Assembly: GCA_017548545.1 (NCBI GenBank)
Contig: JAFYZW010000026.1
Location: 3,440 to 35,439, forward strand
Length of the DNA: 32,000 nt
DNA from: Bacteroidales bacterium
Lineage (GTDB): Bacteria; Bacteroidota; Bacteroidia; Bacteroidales; UBA3663
Direction: 5' to 3'
The position numbers and the translations under genes were made by a program. This document shows positions 25,121 to 32,000 of the stretch, in pieces; within the stretch, counting starts at the first letter, position 1, and each line of letters begins with the position of its first letter. The notes beneath the pieces were generated by a model, which saw nothing but the letters and a program-made list of their open reading frames with translations, was not told where the DNA came from and did not search any database.

Positions 25121-26341
25121 TTACAATCCAAACATCTTGGACACACGCCGGATGCCCGCAACGAGCTTCTCTATCTCTTCTTCAGTGTTGTAGAAGGAGA
25201 AACTTGCACGCACTGTGCCCAGTATTCCCAGACTCTGCATCAAAGGCTCAGCACAATGATGGCCTGTACGAACAGCGATACCCAGCTTGTCGAGCAACAT
25301 GCCCATATCATAGTGGTGAATATCTCCCACAAGGAAACTCATCACTGCTGATTTCTCATGCGCATTGCCGAAGATTCGCATTCCAGGAATCTTGTGGAAC
25401 TCGTCCGTACAGAACGTGAGCAACTGGTGCTCATATTCCATGATATTATCCAGACCTATAGCCTCGACATAATCGAGCGCTGTTGCCAAAGCCACAGTAC
25501 TGATGAAGTCTGGCGTACCCGCCTCAAACTTGTAAGGCAGTTCGTTGAAAGTTGTACCTTCGAACGACACTGTCTTGATCATCTCGCCACCTCCCTGGTA
25601 TGGCGGCATCTTTTCGAGCCATTCACGCTTGCCATAGAGCACACCTACACCTGTAGGACCATAGATCTTATGGCCAGAGAAGACGAAGAAGTCACAATCG
25701 AGGGCTTGAACATCCACCTTCAGGTGTGGAACGGATTGTGCGCCATCCACAAGGACAGGTACATTCCTGCTATGCGCGAAATCAATAACCATCTTGACGG
25801 GATTGACGGTTCCCAGCACATTCGACACATGCGTTAGGCTAACCAGTCTTGTGCGCTCGGAGAAAAGACTTCGAAGATGCTCCAAGTCCAATTCCTGAAG
25901 CTCGTTAAGGCGAGCATGACGGATGACTATACCCTTACGTGCCTGAAGCAGCTGCCAACTGACGATATTGGAGTGATGTTCCATATCGGTGACAATCACC
26001 TCATCGCCCTCGTTCAGGAATGCCTCACCAAACGAATAAGCCACAAGATTGATGCTCTCAGTGGTTCCACGAGTGAAAATGATCTCGGCGCTCTCACGGG
26101 CATTGAGGAACTGTTGCACACGCTGACGAGCACTTTCATGCAAATCGGTGGCATCCTGGCTCAGGAAATGCACGCCACGATGAACATTGGCATTGTGATG
26201 CAGATAACCGTCGCGAAGCTTGTCGATGACACAAAGCGGTTTCTGGGTAGTGGCGCCATTGTCGAGATAGACAAGAGACTTGCCATAGACTGTGCTTTCG
26301 AGAATAGGGAAATCCTTTCGGATAGAATTTATGTCCAGCAT
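25121..26341 (-). CDS. sufS: Cysteine desulfurase, SufS type (class V aminotransferase)
   Basis: DFPIL...VYLDNGATTQKP N-terminus, the PLP lysine in FSGHKIYGPTG, and the catalytic Cys loop RTGHHCAEP. Confidence 0.93.
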   Translation of the reverse strand: MLDINSIRKDFPILESTVYGKSLVYLDNGATTQKPLCVIDKLRDGYLHHNANVHRGVHFLSQDATDLHESARQRVQQFLNARESAEIIFTRGTTESINLVAYSFGEAFLNEGDEVIVTDMEHHSNIVSWQLLQARKGIVIRHARLNELQELDLEHLRSLFSERTRLVSLTHVSNVLGTVNPVKMVIDFAHSRNVPVLVDGAQSVPHLKVDVQALDCDFFVFSGHKIYGPTGVGVLYGKREWLEKMPPYQGGGEMIKTVSFEGTTFNELPYKFEAGTPDFISTVALATALDYVEAIGLDNIMEYEHQLLTFCTDEFHKIPGMRIFGNAHEKSAVMSFLVGDIHHYDMGMLLDKLGIAVRTGHHCAEPLMQSLGILGTVRASFSFYNTEEEIEKLVAGIRRVSKMFGL

Positions 26342-26343
26342 AT

Positions 26344-26384
26344 CTAGAATATCTAGAGCCTCTAGAAAAACTAGAAAAAACTAG
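26344..26384. repeat. Five CTAG(A) motifs at 9-10 bp spacing, directly upstream of the sufS ATG
   Basis: CTAG at 26344, 26353, 26362, 26371 and 26381. The units read ATATCTAGA, ATATCTAGA, GCCTCTAGA, AAAACTAGA and AAAAACTAG. Confidence 0.7.
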
Positions 26385-26401
26385 TCTCTAATGCTCAATG
26401 G

Positions 26402-26440
26402 AAAAACTAAAGCCCATACAAGAGAACTTGTACGGGCTTT
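26402..26440 (-). terminator. Intrinsic terminator of the ribosomal alpha operon (after rplQ)
   Basis: On the minus strand, AAAGCCCGTACAAG pairs with CTTGTATGGGCTTT (one G-U pair, 4-nt loop), followed by AGTTTTTC. It starts about 35 nt after the rplQ stop. Confidence 0.65.
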
Positions 26441-26474
26441 ATCATTGTTTGGGCATGATGCCCGAAAGTACCGA

Positions 26475-26945
26475 TTACTCAGCCTTTGCCTCTGGTTCAG
26501 CAGCGGGAGCGGCCTCAGCAGCCTTCTTCGAACGTGAACGACGAGTCTTGGCCTTCTTCTCGACGTTGTCCTTGAGAAGGTTCTCGTTGTAATCCACGAA
26601 CTCGATCATTGCCATTTCGGCGTTATCACCGAGACGGTTCTGGCCAAGCTTAAGGATGCGCAGATAGCCACCAGGACGGTTAGCAATCTTCACTGCGATA
26701 TCGCCGAAAAGCTCCTTCACAGCCTCCTTATCCTGGAGGTAAGAGAAGACGATACGACGGCTGTTGGTAGTATCCTCCTTAGCGCGATTGATGATTGGTT
26801 CAGCGTAAACGCGCAGTGCCTTAGCCTTGGCAACTGTGGTGTTGATGCGCTTAGCCCTGATCAACGAAACAGTCATGTTGGCGAGCATAGCCTCACGATG
26901 AGACTTGGTGCGTCCAAGGTGATTGAATTTCTTATTATGTCTCAT
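26475..26945 (-). CDS. rplQ: 50S ribosomal protein L17
   Basis: [24 protein letters not shown]... is the canonical L17 N-terminus. It has a Lys/Ala/Glu-rich C-terminal tail. Confidence 0.95.
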   Translation of the reverse strand: MRHNKKFNHLGRTKSHREAMLANMTVSLIRAKRINTTVAKAKALRVYAEPIINRAKEDTTNSRRIVFSYLQDKEAVKELFGDIAVKIANRPGGYLRILKLGQNRLGDNAEMAMIEFVDYNENLLKDNVEKKAKTRRSRSKKAAEAAPAAEPEAKAE

Positions 26946-26953
26946 TGTTGTAA

Positions 26954-27946
26954 TTAATCTTTATCAAGTTTATATTTGGTGATATCCATTCCGAACGACA
27001 GGTTGAGACTCTGGAGGAGCTCCTCAAGCTCGGTGAGAGACTTCTTACCAAAGTTACGGAACTTGAGAAGGTCAGTCTTATTGAATACAACCAACTCGCC
27101 AAGGGTCTCGACCTCAGCGCTCTTCAAGCAGTTGAGAGCACGTACAGAAAGATCCATATCAGTGAGCTTGGTCTTGAGAAGCTGACGCATGTGGAGAACT
27201 TCCTCATCGAATTCCTCGTTGGTGTCAGTCTCAGTGGTCTCAATAGCGATCTTCTCATCGGAGAAGAGCATGAAGTGATAAATCAAGATCTTAGCAGCTT
27301 CACGCAATGCATCCTTTGGATGAATTGAGCCATCGGTAGTCACCTCAATCACCAGTTTCTCGTAGTCGGTACGCTGCTCAACACGATAAGGTTCAACAGT
27401 GTACTTCACGTTGCGAATAGGTGTGAAGATTGAGTCGATAGCAATAGTGGTTACCTCAGCATTGGGATTGCGGTTCTCCTCACCAGGAACATAACCGCGA
27501 CCCTTGTTGATGGTCAATGTGATATCAAAACTTGCACTAGAGTCCATGTGGCAGATAACCAAGTCTGGATTAAGGACATCGAATGCAGTCATTCCCATGT
27601 GCAAATCGCTTGCCTTGAGAACTTCTGTATTCTTAACCTTAACAGTGATGGTTTCGCTCTCTGTTCCTTCGACGATCTGCTTCAAGCGGACCTGCTTGAG
27701 GTTCAAGATGATGTTGGTAACATCCTCTAGTACACCCGGAATGGTCGCAAACTCGTGCTCAACACCTGAAATTTTAACACTGGTGAAAGCAAAGCCTTCG
27801 AGTGACGAAAGCAGAATTCGGCGTAAAGCATTACCAACAGTAATGCCGTAGCCTGGTTCCAGAGGTCGGAATTCGAACTTGCCAGAGAACTGGTCAGATT
27901 CCAACATGATAACCTTTTCGGGTCTTTGAAATGCTAAAATCGCCAT
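26954..27946 (-). CDS. rpoA: DNA-directed RNA polymerase subunit alpha
   Basis: [24 protein letters not shown] in the N-terminal domain. The C-terminal domain carries [10 protein letters not shown]. Confidence 0.97.
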   Translation of the reverse strand: MAILAFQRPEKVIMLESDQFSGKFEFRPLEPGYGITVGNALRRILLSSLEGFAFTSVKISGVEHEFATIPGVLEDVTNIILNLKQVRLKQIVEGTESETITVKVKNTEVLKASDLHMGMTAFDVLNPDLVICHMDSSASFDITLTINKGRGYVPGEENRNPNAEVTTIAIDSIFTPIRNVKYTVEPYRVEQRTDYEKLVIEVTTDGSIHPKDALREAAKILIYHFMLFSDEKIAIETTETDTNEEFDEEVLHMRQLLKTKLTDMDLSVRALNCLKSAEVETLGELVVFNKTDLLKFRNFGKKSLTELEELLQSLNLSFGMDITKYKLDKD

Positions 27947-27960
27947 ATATGGACTATTTA

Positions 27961-28566
27961 TTATTTAGAGTACAATTCGACAATGAGCTGCTCCTGAATG
28001 TTCTCAGGGATATCAGCACGCTCAGGAGTGTGGAGATACTTGCCGCTGAGTGAATTCTGGTCCCACTCAAGCCATGGATACTTGCTGTGGTTGAAGCCAG
28101 CAAGGGCGTTATCAACGACCTCAAGAGCCTTAGAGCGCTCGCGTACGCCAACAATCTGGCCAGGCTTTACGCTATAGGATGCGATGTTGACAACCTTACC
28201 GTCAACGACTACATGCTTGTGGAGGACGAGCTGACGAGCAGCAGAGCGGGTTGGAGCGATACCTAAACGGTAAACGATGTTATCGAGACGGCTCTCAAGA
28301 AGCTGAAGGAGTACCTCACCGGTAACGCCCTTAGTACGCTCAGCCTTCTCGAAGAGACGACGGAACTGTGATTCGAGCACACCGTAGGTATATTTAGCCT
28401 TCTGCTTTTCCTTAAGCTGAGTGCCATACTCGGAAGTTTTCTTACGACGATTAAGGCCATGCTGACCAGGGGCATAGTTCTTTTTTGCGAGAACCTTGTC
28501 TGGTCCATAGATAGCCTCGCCAAGTTTGCGGGCAATGCGGGTTTTAGGTCCAGTATATCTTGCCAT
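27961..28566 (-). CDS. rpsD: 30S ribosomal protein S4
   Basis: [19 protein letters not shown]..., with [10 protein letters not shown] in the S4 RNA-binding domain. Confidence 0.97.
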   Translation of the reverse strand: MARYTGPKTRIARKLGEAIYGPDKVLAKKNYAPGQHGLNRRKKTSEYGTQLKEKQKAKYTYGVLESQFRRLFEKAERTKGVTGEVLLQLLESRLDNIVYRLGIAPTRSAARQLVLHKHVVVDGKVVNIASYSVKPGQIVGVRERSKALEVVDNALAGFNHSKYPWLEWDQNSLSGKYLHTPERADIPENIQEQLIVELYSK

Positions 28567-28620
28567 AGTTTTTTTACAATTTAAGCATTAAATTAATTAA
28601 AAAACCACAATAATCACACA

Positions 28621-29010
28621 TTATACCTTGCGACGCTTTGGTGGGCGGCAACCGTTGTGTGGAAGTGGTGTTACGTCGATAATCTCAGTTACCTCGATAC
28701 CAGCGCCATGGATGGTACGGATAGCCGACTCACGACCATTACCTGGACCCTTAACATAAGCCTTCACTTTGCGAAGACCAAGATCATAGGCGATTTTTGC
28801 GCAATCCTGAGCTGCCATCTGAGCAGCATATGGAGTGTTCTTCTTCGAACCTCTGAAGCCCATCTTACCTGCAGATGACCAAGAGATCACCTGACCCTCG
28901 CTGTTAGCGAGTGAAACAATAACGTTGTTGAACGACGAATGTACGTGAAGCTGGCCATTGGCACTAACCTTCACATTACGCTTTTTAGCTGCAACTGTTT
29001 TCTTTGCCAT
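28621..29010 (-). CDS. rpsK: 30S ribosomal protein S11
   Basis: [13 protein letters not shown]...[14 protein letters not shown]...[11 protein letters not shown]...[15 protein letters not shown]. Confidence 0.97.
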   Translation of the reverse strand: MAKKTVAAKKRNVKVSANGQLHVHSSFNNVIVSLANSEGQVISWSSAGKMGFRGSKKNTPYAAQMAAQDCAKIAYDLGLRKVKAYVKGPGNGRESAIRTIHGAGIEVTEIIDVTPLPHNGCRPPKRRKV

Positions 29011-29032
29011 AGTTTTCTTCTACTTTAACAGA

Positions 29033-29413
29033 TTACTTTGTAGCCTTCTTCTTGTTGGCAACAGTCTTCTTCTTACCCTTGCGTGTACGAGCGTTGTTCT
29101 TAGTGCTCTGGCCACGAACTGGCAAGCCAAGACGATGACGGATACCACGGTAGCAGCCGATATCCATGAGACGCTTAATGTTCAACTGAACTTCAGAACG
29201 AAGATCGCCCTCTACCTTGTAGTTGGCACCGATATACTCACGAATAGCGGCGGCCTGTGAATCAGTCCAATCTTTTACCTTGATGTCTTTATCGACACCA
29301 GCATTCATTAAAATGGTATTTGCGGCGCTACGGCCGATACCATAGATGTAAGTCAACGCGATTTCTCCACGCTTGTTCTGCGGGAGATCTACGCCTACAA
29401 TTCTAACTGCCAT
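29033..29413 (-). CDS. rpsM: 30S ribosomal protein S13
   Basis: [29 protein letters not shown]...[26 protein letters not shown]. Confidence 0.97.
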   Translation of the reverse strand: MAVRIVGVDLPQNKRGEIALTYIYGIGRSAANTILMNAGVDKDIKVKDWTDSQAAAIREYIGANYKVEGDLRSEVQLNIKRLMDIGCYRGIRHRLGLPVRGQSTKNNARTRKGKKKTVANKKKATK

Positions 29414-29453
29414 ATAAGTTTAAATAAGTTGTGTTTTTTGCGAAAAATGCCTG

Positions 29454-29461
29454 CAAATATA
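29454..29461 (-). promoter_or_regulatory. Candidate internal -7 box (TATATTTG) upstream of rpsM (alpha-operon promoter candidate)
   Basis: The minus strand reads TATATTTG about 40 nt upstream of the rpsM ATG, in the rpmJ-rpsM spacer. Only a TTTA (3 of 4) sits at the -33 position. Confidence 0.3.
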
Positions 29462-29467
29462 CGTAAT

Positions 29468-29584
29468 TTATCCCTGACGTAGCTTAAATTTGGGATTTTT
29501 TTTGTTAATTACGTACAAAACTCCGCGGCGACGGACGATTTTGCAATCTGGAGTGCGCTTTTTAAGCGATGCTTTTACTTTCAT
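29468..29584 (-). CDS. rpmJ: 50S ribosomal protein L36
   Basis: Not in the ORF track because it is under 60 aa. My manual minus-strand translation gives [38 protein letters not shown], a canonical L36 of 38 aa. Confidence 0.9.
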   Translation of the reverse strand: MKVKASLKKRTPDCKIVRRRGVLYVINKKNPKFKLRQG

Positions 29585-29596
29585 ATCGTAAGATTT

Positions 29597-29815
29597 TTAT
29601 TTGTAGCGGAAAGAAATTCTGCCTTTCGAGAGGTCGTATGGCGACATCTCTACTCGAACCTTGTCACCTGGCAGGATCTTGATGTAATGCATACGCATCT
29701 TGCCAGAAATATGGGCGGTAATCTCGTGTCCATTTTCGAGCTCTACGCGGAACATAGCGTTCGAAAGTGCTTCAACGATGGTACCATCTTGTTCAATTGC
29801 TGCTTGTTTTGCCAT
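29597..29815 (-). CDS. infA: Translation initiation factor IF-1
   Basis: [72 protein letters not shown]. Confidence 0.97.
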   Translation of the reverse strand: MAKQAAIEQDGTIVEALSNAMFRVELENGHEITAHISGKMRMHYIKILPGDKVRVEMSPYDLSKGRISFRYK

Positions 29816-29836
29816 TCAATAATTTTGAAATTTTAC

Positions 29837-30619
29837 TTAGATAAATCTATCGCCTAATACTTCTTGAATATAGTCGAAGGTGGAAAGGATCTCTGTCTTC
29901 TCCTGGCGGATTGCGACGCAATGCTCGTAGTGGGCCGACCACTTGTGGTCGCGGGTACGCACCGTCCATCCGTTGCGATCGATGATGACATTCCTCGATC
30001 CCATGTTGATCATCGGCTCGATGCAGATACACATCCCCGGACGGAGGAGCGATCCGACACCGCGGCGTCCATAATTGGGGACATCCGGATCCTCATGAAG
30101 ACCGTGACCGATGCCATGACCTGTAAGCTCACGAACGACAGTATAGCCTCGCTTCTCGCAGTAATCCTGTACGGCATAACCGATATGTCCTACGCGATTT
30201 CCGACCCTAGCCTGTTCGATGCCGACATAGAGACTCTCCTTCGTTGTACGCAACAGGCGGAGCACCTGCTCGTCAACCTCGCCTACTGGGAAGGTGTAAC
30301 AGCTGTCACCATTGAAACCGTTGATGACTGCACCGCAGTCGCATCCAACGATATCTCCATCCCTAAGTTCATAGTCCGAGGGGAATCCGTGAACTACCTC
30401 GTCGTTGACTTCGATGCAGAGTGTGCCAGGAAATCCATCGTAGCCCTTGAACCCAGGGACTCCGCCGTGATCTCGAATAAACTCTTCTGCAATTTGGTCA
30501 AGCTTAAGAGTAGTAACACCTGGCTGGACCCACTTGGCGACTTCGCCAAGTGTTTGTCCAACCAGTTGATTAGCCTGTCGTATCAGCTCTATTTCTTCGT
30601 CAGTCTTCAGAAATATCAT
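29837..30619 (-). CDS. map: Type I methionine aminopeptidase
   Basis: Metal-ligand context VVHGFP, GDIVGCDCG, LTGHGIG, CIEPM and EHCV. Confidence 0.95.
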   Translation of the reverse strand: MIFLKTDEEIELIRQANQLVGQTLGEVAKWVQPGVTTLKLDQIAEEFIRDHGGVPGFKGYDGFPGTLCIEVNDEVVHGFPSDYELRDGDIVGCDCGAVINGFNGDSCYTFPVGEVDEQVLRLLRTTKESLYVGIEQARVGNRVGHIGYAVQDYCEKRGYTVVRELTGHGIGHGLHEDPDVPNYGRRGVGSLLRPGMCICIEPMINMGSRNVIIDRNGWTVRTRDHKWSAHYEHCVAIRQEKTEILSTFDYIQEVLGDRFI

Positions 30620-30629
30620 AGCGAGATTA

Positions 30630-31958
30630 TCAATAAGCAGCTACAGAACCTGTGCGACCTTTGATCTTGCCATTCTTCATCAGACCATCATAATGATGCA
30701 TCATCAGGTGCGACTCAATCTGCTGAAGCGTATCGAGGATTACACCTACAAGAATCAGGAGTGACGTGCCACCAAAGAACTGTGAGAACTCCTGAGTAAC
30801 GCCGAGAATACGTGCGAAACATGGGAGAATAGCCACAAATGCCAGGAAGATAGAACCTGGGAGGGTGATACGCGACATGATCTTGTCAAGGAACTCGGTG
30901 GTCTTCTTGCCAGGCTTGATGCCTGGGATGAAGCCATTCTGAGATTTGATCGCATCCGACATCTGCTGAGGATTCATTGTGATGGCGGTGTAGAAATAGG
31001 TGAAGACAATGATCAAGATTGCAAATACAAAGTTATAGGTGAACGTTGTATTGTCAAAGAAGCTTGACCAGAAGCTTGCAGTGTTCTGGCTTGCAAAACC
31101 TGCAAACACAAGAGGGATGAACATGATAGCCTGTGCGAAAATGATAGGCATTACGCCTGCAGCATTCACCTTGAGAGGGATATACTGACGAACACCACCG
31201 TACTGACGGTTACCACGAATCTGCTTAGCGTACTGTACGGGCACTTTGCGAGTACCCTGTACCAAGAGAATGCTGATACCAATCACGATAAGGAGGAACA
31301 CAATCTCGAGGAGGAAGAGCACGAGGTTGCCGGTTGAAGAGGCAGCCTGTACAAACTCCTGCGAAATTGCAGTTGGGAAGCGTGCGATGATACCGATCAT
31401 GATAAGGAACGAGATACCGTTGCCAATACCCTTGTCGGTGATACGCTCGCCAAGCCACATCACGAACATTGAACCTGCTGTCAGGATAATGATGCTGCTG
31501 AAGTTGAACCACCAGCCCTGATTAACAATAGCCGGACCGATCTGATAACGAAGGTTGGTCAGATAAGCGAAGCTCTGGAAAATGAGCACAACTACTGTGA
31601 GCAGACGTGTGTACTGATTGATCTTGTTACGACCACTCTCACCTTCCATCGAAAGCTTGCGGAGCGATGGGAGCACCATCGTCAGAAGCTGAATAATAAT
31701 GGAAGCCGAGATGTAGGGCATAATACCCAAAGCGAAGATTGAGGCATTCGAGAATGCTCCACCAGAGAACATATCCAGGAGTGCCATAAGGCCACCGCGT
31801 GTCTGATTGTGCAACTCATCGAGCATACTGGCATCGATGCCTGGAAGCACTATGAAGCAACCCAGACGATAGATTGCTACGAGACCGAGCGTCCAAAGGA
31901 TACGGGTACGGAGCTCTTCAATCTTCCAAATGTTTTTGAATGTCTCAACTATTCTCAT
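30630..31958 (-). CDS. secY: Preprotein translocase subunit SecY
   Basis: ELRTRILWTLGLVAIYRLG, LFALGIMPYISASIIIQLL, and a 10-TM architecture. Confidence 0.97.
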   Translation of the reverse strand: MRIVETFKNIWKIEELRTRILWTLGLVAIYRLGCFIVLPGIDASMLDELHNQTRGGLMALLDMFSGGAFSNASIFALGIMPYISASIIIQLLTMVLPSLRKLSMEGESGRNKINQYTRLLTVVVLIFQSFAYLTNLRYQIGPAIVNQGWWFNFSSIIILTAGSMFVMWLGERITDKGIGNGISFLIMIGIIARFPTAISQEFVQAASSTGNLVLFLLEIVFLLIVIGISILLVQGTRKVPVQYAKQIRGNRQYGGVRQYIPLKVNAAGVMPIIFAQAIMFIPLVFAGFASQNTASFWSSFFDNTTFTYNFVFAILIIVFTYFYTAITMNPQQMSDAIKSQNGFIPGIKPGKKTTEFLDKIMSRITLPGSIFLAFVAILPCFARILGVTQEFSQFFGGTSLLILVGVILDTLQQIESHLMMHHYDGLMKNGKIKGRTGSVAAY

Positions 31959-31963
31959 GACGT

Positions 31964-32000
31964 TTATGCGTTAACTTTTACTACTGTGCCACCAGCTGCA
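31964..32000 (-). CDS. rplO: 50S ribosomal protein L15, 3' end only (partial at the window edge)
   Basis: The minus-strand frame reads ...AAGGTVVKVNA* with its stop at 31966-31964, 5 nt upstream of secY. The position matches the conserved rplO-secY order. The visible peptide is too short to confirm on its own. Confidence 0.55.
   Translation of the reverse strand, partial: AAGGTVVKVNA

Noticed and set aside
26398-26592. A 64-aa plus-strand ORF spanning the rplQ terminator region.
   Set aside because: It overlaps the rplQ 3' end in antisense and covers the terminator hairpins. It shows no start context or recognisable motif.

Overview
Densely coding, mostly housekeeping chromosomal segment of a Bacteroidota genome, probably Prevotella/Bacteroidales-like. 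The assignment rests on gene content, secreted glycosidases and repeated TTTG / TAnnTTTG promoter boxes.

Gene content:
- Plus strand, 332-10025: parA, parB, a DUF5683 membrane protein and a LysM lytic transglycosylase (the last three joined by TAATG overlaps). These are followed by a RelA/SpoT enzyme plus a DUF4924 protein, a secreted GH51 alpha-L-arabinofuranosidase and a membrane metallophosphoesterase.
- Coding switches to the minus strand at 10026. It carries a small CHAP-like plus M23 peptidoglycan-hydrolase pair, the dxr-rseP-rlmI-folA operon (with ispD divergent on the plus strand), and a CE4 deacetylase with a 1080-aa DUF2723/GT-C membrane protein.
- Further along are a 1024-aa secreted glycosidase-like protein, murI (plus strand), sufS, and the distal ribosomal cluster rplO(partial)-secY-map-infA-rpmJ-rpsM-rpsK-rpsD-rpoA-rplQ.

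I found no tRNA or rRNA gene, transposase, integrase, CRISPR array or recognisable defence system.

Most unusual signals:
1. A non-coding array of about 9.5 tandem 42-bp imperfect palindromes (11109-11509). It ends in a perfect 42-nt hairpin whose stem sequence recurs in another terminator 13.5 kb away.
2. Four complete Bacteroidetes-type promoters placed exactly 4 nt upstream of ATG codons, which predicts leaderless mRNAs.
3. Five CTAG motifs at 9-10 bp spacing abutting the sufS start codon.
4. Several conserved genes of unknown function tightly linked to known ones: DUF5683 with parB and the transglycosylase, DUF4924 with RelA/SpoT, and DUF2723 with the CE4 deacetylase.

I cannot support a clearly novel multi-gene system in this window. 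The repeat array next to the hydrolase pair is the best candidate.
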